Positions 1-28,194 of a DNA stretch of 64,000 nt are shown piece by piece. The position numbers and the translations under genes were made by a program. The notes beneath the pieces were generated by a model. The model worked only from the letters and a program-made list of their open reading frames with translations, ran no database searches and was not told the origin of the DNA. How positions within the stretch are numbered: the stretch's first letter is position 1; the number at the start of each line of letters is the position of its first letter. Source of the DNA: Diadema antillarum (lineage: Eukaryota); assembly GCF_040938485.1 (NCBI RefSeq), contig NW_027271001.1, forward strand, positions 3,906,001-3,970,000, in the 5' to 3' direction.

Positions 1-587
1 TGCAGTTCATCGAATTGTAACCCCTCCCCACGTTATTTTGCTTTGCTACGGGTGTAAACAAATATTTATCATCAATCTGCTACGTATTTGAATGCCTCAT
101 ATCATCTGATAATCATCGTAGATATTCAGTCCCTTCTATGCAAAACCACGGAGGTATTAGGCACGCCCTTGGTAAAACATAATCTACCAGGGAGGTGCCT
201 CCCTGAATTTACCCAGCCCCCGTCCGTTTTCAACGGCTTACAGGCATGAGACACCCCAGTACTCTGCCATACTCCTTGTCTTCACATTGAGCACAGAAAA
301 ACAGTAAGTTCTAATTTGTCTCTCACTTCGCGGCTCCTTTCTTACTTTCGTTCTCATTTCACTTTCTTTTTCTGTCTCTCTTCCCGTATTCTCTCTCTTT
401 CTTTCTTTTTCTCTCTTTGGAAATGACGTCATGCACTATTCAATTAATACATTTTATATGCATTTATATTTTTTCTTCTCTTGCTTCTTTCTTATATCTC
501 TATTTCAATTGTAGTCTTATATATATATATATCTATATATATATATATATATATATATGCGTATGTGTGTATCTCTATCTGTCTATC

Positions 588-780
588 NNNNNNNNNNNNN
601 NNNNNNNNNNNNNNNNNNNNNNNNNNNNNNNNNNNNNNNNNNNNNNNNNNNNNNNNNNNNNNNNNNNNNNNNNNNNNNNNNNNNNNNNNNNNNNNNNNNN
701 NNNNNNNNNNNNNNNNNNNNNNNNNNNNNNNNNNNNNNNNNNNNNNNNNNNNNNNNNNNNNNNNNNNNNNNNNNNNNNNN
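588..780. other. Assembly gap; others at 23498-23642, 42457-42716, 50810-50937, 57574-57810
   Basis: Runs of N of variable length, mostly next to microsatellites or inverted repeats. Confidence 1.
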
Positions 781-955
781 NATTTACCTCTCAATATAAC
801 TTGGAACATGCATTACAAATTTGCATATTGCCAAGCTGTAGGCCCTACATATTTATCAGCATTTATCTGTGATTCATGATAATGATAATAATCCTAATTT
901 TGGAATCTAAGTCTGTATCGCTTGAGAAACTTAGTAGATTGAAGATGTTACTAAG

Positions 956-958
<3 letters not shown>

Positions 959-1035
<77 letters not shown>

Positions 1036-1044
1036 ATATATATA
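959..1044. repeat. (TA)n microsatellite; others at about 518-558, 23335-23389, 23822-23861, 50579-50650, 52432-52474, 53146-53196, 53409-53448
   Basis: Direct reading of the sequence. Confidence 0.95.
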
Positions 1045-1923
1045 AACAAGAGACCCATAGTATCCAATTCTTTATTATGTTATATATATGATATATATAC
1101 AAAATTATATATACACATATGCCTAATAATTATGCATACATGCATTCATACATGCACAATTATGAGTATATCATATGTACTTATATATACGCGTAAATAT
1201 GTAGATATATGTTTATGAGTGTGAAGTTTTTTTTTGTGTGTGTGTGTGTTTGTGTCTGTGTCTGCGTACGTCAGTACGTTAATACTGTATGCGTCATTAA
1301 AGTAATGTTTTCTCATTATTTTCAAGGATCAGCGAAGGTAAATCACACGGCACCAGTGTCTTTCACAATATTTTATTGACTTTTGCCCATAACAGGACAT
1401 CACGAAACATACGTAGAGTCAACACTTGCACAATATTTCAACATAATACAAATCATAATAATTGCATGGTCACCGTGTTTACACGGAATAATCATCATTA
1501 CGTTATTGCATAATTTTCAAAATGCGATCTTACGGAACGTAGAGGGAGTCCTCACAAACTGAGCGGGAAGTCGTAGCAGACTGCGCCAAATGTGGGACCT
1601 CTAGGTTACTCGTAGAAAGACATTGGCAAGAATTACATAGCATTTCTTCTTCTTTCTTTTTTTGTTTCTTCATGATCTACTGAACACTTAAGAACATCTA
1701 AAAACGTGAAAACAAACAAACAAATAACCAATTAGATGATCTGAAAACGACTGAGGAGGCACAAACAAACATGCATATGTGACGAAGAATGATGTAATGA
1801 CTTTGGTGCAGTATGGTTAATTAATTCAGTGCAGGTGGTGGTTTCAAACGTGCAGCGTTGTTTGTTCAACGAATGGTGCAGGAAGACTTCGTGCGTTCCC
1901 CCGGGGAGATTGTCACGCTTGGT

Positions 1924-10621
<8,698 letters not shown>

Positions 10622-10799
10622 GTTGACTGATTAGGATGATGTTACACCGACTGGAAAAAAGACAAGGAATTGCTCAGAGTGAGATGATGATCGTCTGGTC
10701 TGGTTAATTCTTCTGCTTCTCAGCGCCGAGTTCGATGCGCGGACCAAGAAGAGAGAAGGCCAAACGGGTAGGAAAGTTTCCGACCCGACCGATAAGTTT

Positions 10800-10860
10800 G
10801 GTGAAAGATAAGTGAAGCAAAATCGGTGGATCGCGTCGGTTTTATTGCAACTTCCGGGGT
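10800..10860 (-). promoter_or_regulatory. Candidate core promoter of copy 1: Ets-type CCGGAAGT (10857-10850), AATAAAA (10846-10840), Inr-like TTCACTT (A at 10813)
   Basis: CpG-rich stretch about 190-240 nt upstream of the inferred ATG exon; TATA-like element 33 nt from the Inr-like site. Confidence 0.35.
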
Positions 10861-12430
10861 ACAAGCAACGTGCGCAGCGCACTCGGCGTGCACGCTTGTA
10901 TTGTCATATGATTTGGGGATGCGAGGAAGGAGCGCGTACGGCCTTTCGTGGTAAAGCTGGTAAGAAAGGAAAGTTGCGCCAACAGAACAAAAAACTGTAT
11001 AATTGAGGTTTGTAATTCTAATGAGAACAACACAAACAACGAAGGAAACAGGAACGGCTGACACCATATAGCCGGAAATTTGATTGCAAACCGACCGACC
11101 ACGTTGGCGGAAGTGACAGTAAGATTTAGGTGTAAAGCACGAGATTTTGCAAGACAGCAGGAAAGGAGTAGATAAATATACAGTTAAACATAAGAAGGGG
11201 ATATATTACTTGCTTAAACATAAGGAAAGAAAGAAACCAACAAGGTTAACTGAATCATTAACCAGTAAATTATTTATTAGAAAAAGAGTGTGAGAGAAAG
11301 ATATAAATGATGAAGAAAATGAGAAATGATAAGAGGGAGAGAAGGAGAGTGAGTAAGTGATAGAGAGAGAAGAGAGAGAGGGAGAGAGTTAGAGGAAATG
11401 GATTGGTTTAGCAGACAATCTGGTAGTGGCATAGCCATACCAGGAAGAGAGTCCCGTTCCTATGATAATTCATATCGCATCGCAGCTGTACCGTGTGCCA
11501 ACGAGTCCGATACCCTCCCTTTCCCTTACTCAAGCTTTGCCGCCCTCTGTCGTCCATATGTTGTAAGTGCAGTCATACATCATCTTTGCCTAACTGTGAT
11601 GTGCAAGCAAGTCTCGTGTTGTACATAGACAGTGATGGACATTACAAGTGGTGCCAATGCAGCTCAGAGAATGCAAGTATTCCATTGAACATTTCACACA
11701 CTTGCATTGTGCATGGCTATGGTAAAATACAACGCTCTCACGTCGGTTCGAGTTAAGGCTTTGGAAAGTCATTATTTTGTATATCATATCTATCAATGGG
11801 TATCTGTGCTTGAGGAACCCACAAACAACTGAAATGAAATAGCTTGCAAGTACACAAAGAAACTCACAAAGAAACACACTGTCACTATCTGGAAGATGTA
11901 CTTCAATTTTTGTCTTTGTTTTTAGACAACATACATTGTTTACTCTGTTGAGCTTCTTATTATAGTGCCGTCTTCTAAATGTCGTTTTTAGACAATGTAC
12001 ATTGTTTATTTGTTTTGCTCCTTATTAGTACCGCGGAGCTAAATATATCCATGTCAGTAGATTGGTTGTCTTTATGCAGTTAAACAACACAGAAGCAGAT
12101 AATATTCAAGACTTAGATTGAACAAAAATCACTAATACTGTTCATCATGTTAAGGAAAATGCTCACCCCTCTCCAATCACAGATACTCAAAAGAGTGTAA
12201 ATCATAAGTAATGTGGAAAAAACCACAACTATAACGTGCTCTGTATGATAGGCCTAATGAGCAGCTGTTTCTGTGCCAGTGTAATTGGGTATATCATGGA
12301 ATACAATGTGCTACACCACACACCATAAGTACGTGTTGTTGATATAGGAAGGCAGAACTCATTCTTCTTCCATCTTGCGGCAGTTTATCATTCTTCACTC
12401 CCCTTCTGTCTACGCATCGCAAATGTTTAA

Positions 12431-12809
12431 AGGGATGATGCAGTTTCGGTTGAGATGGGGCTTCAGGTTTTTCAGCATTTTTTTGATGATGATTTCTTGA
12501 AATAATGAGAAACCTCTTATGAAACATGAAAGAGCATATGATTCTACAAGAAAAATTCAAAGTTTGTTTGATGAAGGTATCCCCAAAAAGCATCCCTAAA
12601 ACGGTGGGACCCACTTAGAATTGCTTTGTTTTACTTTGTTTTGGGATATTTCAGCCAATTCAAAACCGATTGTCATCGAATACTCTTTGATTTCCTTTCA
12701 GAATTTTATGCTCTTTGTAGTATCATATAGTGGTTTCTCATCCTCGCAAAAAAAAAAGGTTAAAAAAAACCCCAAACCCGGAATCCTCATCTTAACATAT
12801 GCCATCCCT
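12431..12809. mobile_element. TTAA-flanked MITE family B, copy 1
   Basis: TTAA|agggat...atccct|TTAA. Shares ataatgagaaacctcttatgaaa(c/t)atgaaagagcat and gtgggacccac with 39247-39627. Confidence 0.8.
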
Positions 12810-13006
12810 TTAACCCCCTATGTACTGAGTATCCTGTCGATTTAAAACACCGTTGCAACACAATGCAATTGAATGCAGTTAGCAGTGATAGCAAAAGTGT
12901 AAAACCCAATCTTGATTGGCACGTCTTCCACGAAGAAAGGCATACAACACAGCGAGACACATGCGAGTTTACAACTCGAGTAATAGTGCCTGGTACATAA
13001 TAATTA

Positions 13007-13190
13007 CGAGTGGACTCCCGTAACAACGATGCCCTCGGAACTGATTTCTTTCGTTATATCAAAATTTCGTCATAATCGAACATAGAAAAAAAACAAGCAA
13101 ACATAGAGAGGATAGTGTTTGAGCCTGAATTCCTATTTCGTTATAACCGGAATTTCGTTAGACTGTGTTTGTTACAACGGGAGTGCGCTG
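13007..13190. mobile_element. Tc1/pogo-type MITE with TA flanks
   Basis: TA|cgagtggactcccgtaacaac...gttacaacgggagtgcgctg|TA; internal ttcgttata repeats. Confidence 0.65.
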
Positions 13191-16100
13191 TATTACAATT
13201 ACAATTACAATTACATTTCCATTGAACTGCACGAATGCAGTTCAATGGGAATGTACGACAGTACATTATCCAGTAATCATCGTATAATATAGTAAAATTG
13301 ATAAACGCAGTTTAATTGTTACTTTCGTGAAATACAGGCAGATAGTGCACTTTCTTCTATTCTATATTAATTTGCCAGAGCCAGCAAAATAGAAACCAAA
13401 ACCGTCTCTTAAAGCGGATAAGTATCTCGGAGACTGCTGTGTGGTTGGGAAAAAGCACCTCGTTCATATTCAAGGCACTATCATGACGTGGAGGAAGTAT
13501 AATTATACGTTGCAAAACAGCATAGTCAATTCGTCCATGTTGATTAACGATTCAATTTCACTTCGCTTGTTTCGATATCATAGGATTATGATTTATGGAG
13601 AGCCTCGACGCGGGGTGTCGTCTGACAATACCAATACAGGATTGAATGCCGTGTTTATGAATTAGCATGATTTGTGTCTGTACAATAGAGTGTGCGTCTA
13701 GGCTTTCGTTTGTGTTTAGATATAAACTAGGAAGTTATCTTCAAATTCGTGGTACCATAATGGCGGCAATATGCATGATATATTGTATCAGTGCTTGTTT
13801 GTTGGTGAGATGAGTCACGTTTTGTATTTCTACTAAAAGTCTCACCACTCTATCCGGGGTATTTGTTATACAAAATTCATAAGAAACAAGCAGAATAAAA
13901 CACAAAAGCGGGCAGATATGATAATTTCTGTTTACTGTGTGTGTGTGACAGTGTGTATATCATTTGAATTGAACTACTATTGAAAAAATAAAGACTATAG
14001 TGTATGTATGGTGTGTTATATAGCTCCCTTATCAAACCAAACGCAGATATGTGTATAGGGAGGGGGGTCCAGAGATAGAGTCACCTATGGCAGGCAGATA
14101 ATTCATGCTGTTTAATGTTTTTGTCCTTGTTTTTTTTTCTCTCTCATTCGCGCTGTAGCAGTTCAGAATATTATCGTGTTATTTTGAAGATGCATTAGTG
14201 CTTCTTTTTCTTTTTGCTTTTTGTGTATAGGACCTGGAGTATAGGAGTTTGGTATCGCTATTATAGTCCTACTCTCAACAGCAAATTATGTGATTACAAT
14301 GATTTCCTGCAATCTCCAGACATCACTTGTTACGTTTGGGAAATGCAATGTGTTTTCATATTTTTGTTTCTTGTCTCTTTTTTCTTCTTTGTTTGTATCA
14401 TTCCTATAACACAGCATTCTATATCTGTTTTATTCTAGAATATGTCTGAAATGAATGAATGGTCGTACAAGTGAACAAAATCATCTTTTATACATCGGAT
14501 TAAATAACATCAACATTGGATATATAATTATAGTATACAAAGAGAGACAGGACTCCAGTAGACCGGTTAGCAGAGACTCCAACTCTCCCGCCGAAAGCCC
14601 ATTTTGCACAATCTCCCGTTCTCCCGCTTGAGATTTGATTTCTGAGATTTTGAGTAATGTGCAGATTAATGCCCCGTCACTGACCAGGGACGCTTACCTG
14701 GAAACATTAAACTGCACATTACTTGAATATGAGACCATTCTGAAGCAAATTATTTTCACACAAGAATAGATATATAATGTACTCTTAAATGAATCCCACA
14801 AGGATTGGAACAATCATCCCTCAGCATTCCCACTGATTCCCACTGATCAGTTACTAGCCATCCCCTTTAAAGAGCAGCGTGTTCTTTTTGGAACCGGAGC
14901 TCTTATCCATACGACATCCGGTGTGCCCTAATGAGTGTGCCTAATGAGAACCGAGCCGGAAAAGCAAATTTCGCCCTCTCGTGGCAAATATGTCTCCAGC
15001 GTTTTCCTTTTTGCCTGTCTGTACGTTTTTACATGAATTAATATTTATTTTATCATAAAGTTTATCAACCTCAAAGCGCCACATTACTTAATTTTTGTAA
15101 TATTTTCCTTCTTACTTCCTAGTCACATTACGTGGTATTTGCAGCACTTTATTACGTCTGCCATTTTTTCTAAATCATCATGGCGAATTGCAATATTTTA
15201 GTGCTGTGTTAAAATGGTTGTACTCTTCTCTTTTTTTTTTCAGGCCACCAAATCATGCATTGTCTGGCCATCTGAAAATAAAATTTGATGAATTTGTCGG
15301 CCAAAAGGGCCATGGATATATATATATACACGGTTCTTTGGCATTTATTTATAATCAATATCATTGTATGACGCAGTGTCAGGTAATTATAGATTATGTC
15401 AAATTACTTGTTTTGCGTGCATCAGGTGGCTTAGACGTCAACTGATACCATCAGTTGTTATCACATCGAAACCATATACTCAAAAAGTCGGACGTCAGTT
15501 TCTTTTATTTTAACTCCTGTAGAAGGATAATGTAAGCCCACACACATACACACACTCACTCTGACAAGCACTTGGGTAATGAATATTTCGTCCCCGAGTC
15601 GAAAATTAAAAGTCTTCCTTCACTAACGGGCTCATCTACTGCGTTGGGTTCCAGCTCGCTCACGTTTTGTATGCGTATGATAGCATCAGTTCGATGATCC
15701 TACCAAAATATTATGTGAAATAATTACACAATTTATAAACAAGTGGCACATTTACACATCACAGGATTTTATTATCGGCATTAACACAACACCAACTGGC
15801 ATAAGACAAGACAATGATGAATAAATAGATAAACAGGAATATTGATTTGAAGAAACACAGAAACTTACAATACCGAGTAAACTGATCCTGCATTCATTCA
15901 CGATATTGCAATACAAGAGATTCTATGTACGAGGCAAGTTTTCCTTCTCTTTCCAAGGTCTGTCGTGTTTTGCGGGTTTTTTTTTCTTTATAGTGAATCA
16001 TCTAACAGATTATCCTGTAAGCCTGTTTGGGAAGCATAACATTGAACATGAACATTAAACCATGGGATGTAAACTCATTACGTAGTGAATTAATGAGTCT

Positions 16101-16941
16101 TAATCTAGGGCGATGCCATGAAGAATTTTACTCGATCTGAGTCGAAAAGTTTCTCTAGAGCATTCTGTGGTTGCGTTTCAACACAGACTGGTGGAATAAA
16201 AAAAAACCGGGTACGTTTACGGATCAGCAGAATCGGGCATAAAAGAAAAAGGGCAAAGTACCAACTCTTGACCTTGAAGGCATACAAAGTCGAGGAGTAT
16301 GTCCGCTGGGCACAATTCCACAACGGATTAACAGGCAGTGTCCCTTGGAATTAATGTGAGTATGCTCACTTGCTATGAACATGGAACTGGAAATGGAAAT
16401 GAATATGATAATCTTTATATTAGGATTTCTCGAAAAAAGAAGATGCCAATTGATATTTCTATTTTTCAAGAATCGCGCAGCATTTTAGTATTTACCCACC
16501 CTGAGAGACAGGAAAGGTACATTCCTGCATGAAAATATTAGATGAAGGAAAACACATTTTGATACGCATGAAATAATGGGTAGGCCCTACTCCAATAACG
16601 TTAGATTTCGTAATAATTGACGTTCGAATGGTCAAGAGGGTGAATTTTGGTCCTTTTTGCAGTGACTGAATAGAAGTTATTTCACCTTCTCCACTGTAGC
16701 CATTTCGTAAATGGTAGTTAGCAAAAAGAAAATAACAATAGTCAAGCCAATTCGAACATAATGCATGAGAAATTCGAAAATTGTGACTCTTACAATACAA
16801 TTAAAATGAGGGGCATGCTATGCGAGGAACAGACATTTGCGCGTGAACTCGGGCGCTCAACGCTTGAATAGGAGCTTGCAAGAGCTTCTAGTCGGGTAAA
16901 GCTGGTTTAGGTACAAGCTTTTCTTAGAAATCATAAATGGT

Positions 16942-21342
<4,401 letters not shown>

Positions 21343-21400
21343 TGTTCCTGACGATTAGTACACTCCAAGAAAACTAGAGTCAAAATGCTGAGCCGAGGGA

Positions 21401-21447
21401 TTTTATAAACGCGAAGAGCCTTTTCCTTCTCCTGTGTTGATGGCAGG
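21401..21447 (-). promoter_or_regulatory. Copy 2 promoter region: consensus TATAAAA (21407-21401) and hairpin motif 21431-21447
   Basis: TATAAAA lies 65 nt upstream of the ATG; the hairpin motif is homologous to those of copies 3-5. Confidence 0.55.
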
Positions 21448-23333
21448 GGCTGAAAGAGAATCTGTTCGGTACTCAGTAAAGTTGTCTGCCGAATCACAAT
21501 CATTTAGCCTAGGTGACCAAATCGATCCGTGTGCAAGTCAATGTACGTGGCGCCTTCAAGCATCACACACACACACTCATATACACATAATAATACAGAC
21601 AACCGTGCGGAGATGATGCTCATCTGAATGGCAATAGTTCATTAACAGGTGTTCGGGATCCCAAGGCGCGGTGGTGTCGTTCAGTACATCTGACTCGATG
21701 GGCCAGCTCGATGATACAATTATTCAAATTTAGTCTCCATTCTTTCTTCTCACTCTCTCACAATCATTATTCGTTTTTCCCGATCACTGGGAAATAAGCA
21801 GAGACACATTCATAGACTGTTCGGGTAATGTATTCAAATTCATGCACATTTCTTTTCTTACAGCCTCGTAAGAAATAATTCCATTCACCTGCTCCCGCCA
21901 ATTATGTTTGTTGGGCAGGAATTCACATAGCAAATCACTCGTTGTTGCTAGGTATAGACCGATCAAGCCTCCAGCAAGCTTTGTGGTTCTTATTAAAGGC
22001 AATTCCTATGAACAAAGAACGCGAAGAAATATTTGTATTCTTTACAGAAACGGTCTGTCCATTCAATACTACCTTGATGATCAAATTGACGTCATTAGTA
22101 AGTTGCTGCGTTGGGCAAGCTTCGAGTAAGCTTCATGGCTAGCGGGAATGACGTTTGTTGTAAATGTATGCCTGGAATGATAATGTTTTAATATAATTTA
22201 TGCGATAACAAACAATGACGATACTAGGCGTTTTCACATCAGCCCGATAAAAATCCAAACTCGAGATATTTTTCGCAGAAAATAGTCAGCAAAATAGCGC
22301 GCTATTTCGAAACATCGGGCTGATGTGAAAACGCCTATTGTGATAATAGGATCGACGTCTCTAGTTAGCTTGTAATACATACACACATTTACAACACAGC
22401 TTCTATCATGGATGGCCAGAAGTCTACCTGAAGGTTTGCCCGACATGGAAAAGCAAATTAATTGTGTAAGCTGGGTTGCAAGTATTTTAAACAGGATGCA
22501 GTTGAAAAGATGTGGCAGTGAGCATGTCACACATTCTGTGTAGTAGGTAATGAAAAATATTTTTAATAATAATATCAAAAATGTAATTAAACTCACTTGT
22601 AAAGTCATCCAATGGAAGGAAATCAGGAGAATCACACCAAATTAGAGTACTGCTAATCTCCAGTGGTGTAACAAGAGTGTCTTTTTCAGTTATATAGACA
22701 TTGCAGTGTCTGTAATTACAAGTGAAATCCGACGAGTGGATTGGCAGAAGTTTTGTCACAGTCAGACTTGAAATAAAAAGGTTCTGAAATTGTAGACAAT
22801 GGTAGATGTTCAAATATGCTTTCATGGATCAATGTTAGTGAACACAATTAACTGAAGTGATGACGTCATCAACTAACAATTCTCACATTCGTTTACGCGT
22901 ACACACAAAAGAAATAATAATGAAAATCATGTTTTGGGAGGATTATTATAAACAGAAGCGACACTTCTCCTTGTACGGTCATCATTATTAGACAGCAAAG
23001 ATTTATTGAGTTGGATTTTTTTTTCACGCTATCATTGGAAATTTAGTGGAAGTTTTGGTGAGCCGAGACCATGATACTGACACACTTTTGACGTCATAAT
23101 ATCATCCATCACCTTTATGTTATTTCGCATAAATTGGCATTCGTCGTATATTAGATGTCATTCTTTCGTAAGTTAATCATGTGACAATTGGAAAATTCTA
23201 TCACTTTCATAGCATCATATAGTACCAATTTTGATGGAAACTTTACCATTCTTCTTTGTTTGATTTAACGCCATCAAATTCACCTTGAATGTGGGGCGGA
23301 ATTACACTTAATACACACACACACACACACATA

Positions 23334-23388
<55 letters not shown>

Positions 23389-23783
23389 CACCTGAGTGTG
23401 TGTAGCATTACTGTGTTGAGGTATAATACTGATATCTGCAGCAATGGATTTTGTCATCTTTGGAGCGTATTTCATCTGTCATAATTATAGTGACTACNNN
23501 NNNNNNNNNNNNNNNNNNNNNNNNNNNNNNNNNNNNNNNNNNNNNNNNNNNNNNNNNNNNNNNNNNNNNNNNNNNNNNNNNNNNNNNNNNNNNNNNNNNN
23601 NNNNNNNNNNNNNNNNNNNNNNNNNNNNNNNNNNNNNNNNNNCATATTATGGCGTCTGTTTTATGACATGTTCCCATCTGTGTCCAATTATATAGAACTA
23701 TTTTGTTTCAAACTTCCTCACGCATTTATCACGCGATTTCTATTTGAATGTTAATTTTGTTTGTTCAATTGTACGTAATACAT

Positions 23784-23865
<82 letters not shown>

Positions 23866-24263
23866 GCAGTATTCTGACAATTAGCAATTCATTGTTTGGT
23901 ATGACAATTATCACTTGACTGAGGTAGTGGTCCTTACAGTTTCATTACTTGTCGGACATTGGCGATCACTTGCATTTGGTACGTTTTTGTTTTGTTTTGT
24001 TTTGTTTACACTTGGCCAAAATCCAGCAAAGCTATAATCATGTTCTTAATCTACACGACCATACACACAGCGTGATCATCTCGCATCTCGCATCCTTCAA
24101 TCTTCCATCTAAATTTCGCGTCAAACTTAATCATACTCTCATTCTCTTATAAAAAAAAACAATGTCCACCATCACGCAAATAGAACACACACTTATGACA
24201 AATTATCACTGTAAAAAAAAAAAAAAAAATCCAAAGAAACGCACTAAGCAAAACTTCTGATAG

Positions 24264-24281
24264 CACCTGAGCAGCTTTATT
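24264..24281 (-). terminator. Polyadenylation signal block of copy 3
   Basis: Sense AATAAA-N4-CTCAGGTG about 190 nt after the stop; aligns without gaps to copies 4 and 5. Confidence 0.55.
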
Positions 24282-24476
24282 CTCTTCTTGGGGGGGAGGG
24301 GGGGTTGACATTGCCATTTATTGCGTATGTTATCACCTGAGCATTTTCATTTTAGAGTTTACGAAAGCGTTTTTTTCAATCGTTGTCGTCATCGTCGTCG
24401 TCACAGCCGTGGTAACTTCAAGTCATTCATCAGACGCTGTGAAAAGTCACTGTCACTGGAATTCAGCTGTCGTCTA

Positions 24477-25491
<1,015 letters not shown>

Positions 25492-26015
25492 TCAGCTCCT
25501 TGCCGACGTGTAGTGACCACGGGCGTAGTTGTTGGCGGCAGTCCTCCTTGCCAGTGATCAGCTGTTCGGGGGTGGAAAAGCTGGCGGTAGGTTCCGGTAC
25601 GGACTTCATCTGCAAGGGTAGAAAGAAGTTCAAATCATCCATGAAATTATTTATTGTGTCGGGCAATCGTTGGGTAATTGTGTCACGATTGTTATTTTAA
25701 AAAAAAAACTGTAATGAGAAAATCATTTATTTAGACTGTTTGCAATCTTTAAATATTTTCAGTGTACCCTGATGAGATGATCCTAGAATAACGACATGAG
25801 TTTTCACTAAATTTCATAGATGAAATGACTGATCAATCTCCTTGACATTGATATAGCTAAGAAAAGAAAATAACAAGTAATAATATACTACACATAAAAA
25901 CGACATATCCCATTGAAAACTGATTTATTGAAAATATGATTTCATCAGTTGTATGATGATCCTAAAAGCATAAAAGTGGTTCTACTCCACCCTCTTCTAC
26001 AACATGACAGCATCA

Positions 26016-26258
<243 letters not shown>

Positions 26259-26293
26259 TCACGCTGTAGGGAAAAAAAAAATTGGTAATCAAA

Positions 26294-26785
26294 GAATTGA
26301 ATTGAATTGAATTGAAGTTTATTTGTTCAGCATAAAAAACAGCAGCTAAAGACATCGATGAACAATCATGACAGACAGAGTAAAAACAGAACTTTGGAAT
26401 ACATAAAGCCGAAGGGAAGCAGCCAACGAGGAATTAAAAATTTCATTAAAATCTGGCCGACTCAGATAATCAATTAAAAAATGCATTGGTGGAAAATTAT
26501 TTCATATTTATAAAAAAAAACCGAGATGAACAAATATACAGTTGCAAGAACAAAACAAAAAGCAATACAGCATGTTACACAAAACACTACATGTACATTA
26601 CGAAGACAGGACAAACAAAGTGAGTTACAATCATTAGATAGAATACATGTAATGCCAGCCAAGCATGTCAAGAACTTAGGAATGATAATTTTGTATAAAA
26701 TCCTCCTTAAGTTTACGTTTGAATACATTAAAAGAGGTAACTTTACTATTTACGAACATCATCTGGTCGATGTAACTTCGAGAAA
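26294..26785 (-). mobile_element. 3' end of a non-LTR retrotransposon (L2/CR1/Crack-like), in intron 1 of copy 3
   Basis: Minus strand reads ...PDDVRK / KVTSFNVFKRKLKEDFIQNYHS* (stop 26676-26678), the typical ORF2 C-terminus, followed by a 3'UTR, AATAAA and a (TTCAA)4 tail at 26294-26316. Confidence 0.75.
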
Positions 26786-27901
26786 TTGAACAAAAGCAGC
26801 TAGGGCCAAAAATTGCTCTCCCCCTCTCTTATCATTAAGGCAATGTCTCCCCCATGACGCTGTAAATTGCTTTATGCTTTGGGTTGTTCATTTTTTTGTC
26901 TTTTTTTTGGCTGCAAAATTGACCTCGATGACATATGAGCGCCGTTGGAGAAGGGTTCACACCTGACAGTGTATTGCAGCTTAAAATTGACACAAATTAC
27001 CCAAAAGAGAACTCATTACACCGATATCAATTATCAAATTTTCCAAAGACTCATTCAAGAATTCGTTCTTGCCAACACGCCAATAAAAAACACAAAACAA
27101 AGAGAAAATAATGGCACTTGTGCTGGAAGAAGAGTAAGTTATATAGGGATGCACTATCACAGAGAAGGACTCGGTGCCAATGGATAACTGAAGTGGACCA
27201 TGTTTAGATACCATTTATTTCATAAGGTTTTTGTATTTTTGTCTTTAAAATGGGGAAGATTTTCTCCTATGCATCTTAAGCCATGATTTATCGTATGAAG
27301 CCATCAATATTGAGCGACTTCTATGCTAGAGGTATTTCAGTTTCAACATTTTGCTTGCAATCTGAGTACGTTTTTGTTTTTCAACAAAAAAAAATGATGA
27401 AAACGCCTGAAGGCCTAAATTTCTCAGGTTCGTTGTTTAGCAGCTATGGAGTCCCGTATATTCTTAATATGACAGCTATAGGTCATTGGAAATTGTCAAC
27501 GTTTCATGAGACATACCCTCAAATCCAGCTATAAACCTTGAGGCATTCTCTTCCGTGTCGTATACAAAAATAGTTTAGGAGCCCTATGTTTAGCAAGTAA
27601 GAAAATATGATTTGGGAAAACATATAAAAGCGAGACATTTTCTCCTTCTTAAAAGTTGAGAGAAAAATAGTGGAACATTGACTTAATTGTAGCACACAAT
27701 CAAAACTGCAGTTGAAGATTTATACAACATTTAAACCATCATTTTGTTTGTTTGTTGCTTTTTATCTTTTCAAACCCTGAGTTCTTAGGAGGACGCTTTC
27801 TACAGTTGGAATGCCAAAATTTAGTTTTCAGGAGTTAGCGTATTGAATCCATAAAAATCGTCTATGGGTTTGTTTTCCTAGCTACCATCACATTGTTGAA
27901 A

Positions 27902-27958
27902 GAAGAAGAAGAAGAAGAAGAAGAAGAAGAAGAAGAAGAAGAAGAAGAAGAAGAAGAA
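27902..27958. repeat. (GAA)19 microsatellite about 20 nt into intron 1 of copy 3
   Basis: 57-nt perfect GAA run. Confidence 0.95.
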
Positions 27959-28038
27959 TTAATAGTTTTCAAACTCACCATGTTGGATGCTTATGTCTTT
28001 AAGAGTATCTGAAGTTTTTGAAGGACGCTTCTTCTCCT

Positions 28039-28194
28039 CCTATGTTGATGGTAGGGTATGAAAGAGCCTTTGTGGTATTTACTTGGAAACCACCTGCCTA
28101 TATACACTGATATAGAACCCTTACTTCTAGGATATCGATTGACCCGATTGACCAATGGAGAGAGCGAATAAAACACATGGCTGAGCGCGCCAAT
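28039..28194 (-). promoter_or_regulatory. Copy 3 promoter module: CCAAT boxes, TATA (TATATAG 28104-28098), predicted TSS about 28073, hairpin 28039-28055
   Basis: Aligns with the same module upstream of copies 4 and 5. CCAAT at 28152-28156 and 28190-28194 (plus strand). Confidence 0.6.

Noticed and set aside
417-1218. ORFs through N gaps and (TA)n, (CA)n or (GA)n tracts (also about 23400-23700, 42414-42784, 50455-51057, 53100-53574, 57410-57932)
   Set aside because: Open only because of Ns or low-complexity repeats.
14693-14701. CTTACCTGG resembling the U1 snRNA 5' end
   Set aside because: The match stops after 9 nt, with no further U1 sequence or Sm site.
22234-22825. Overlapping minus-strand ORFs of 112-133 aa (also 11398-11877, 19287-19658, 61966-62352)
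   Set aside because: AT-rich composition, no recognisable domain or consistent splice structure; 19287-19658 lies inside a MITE.
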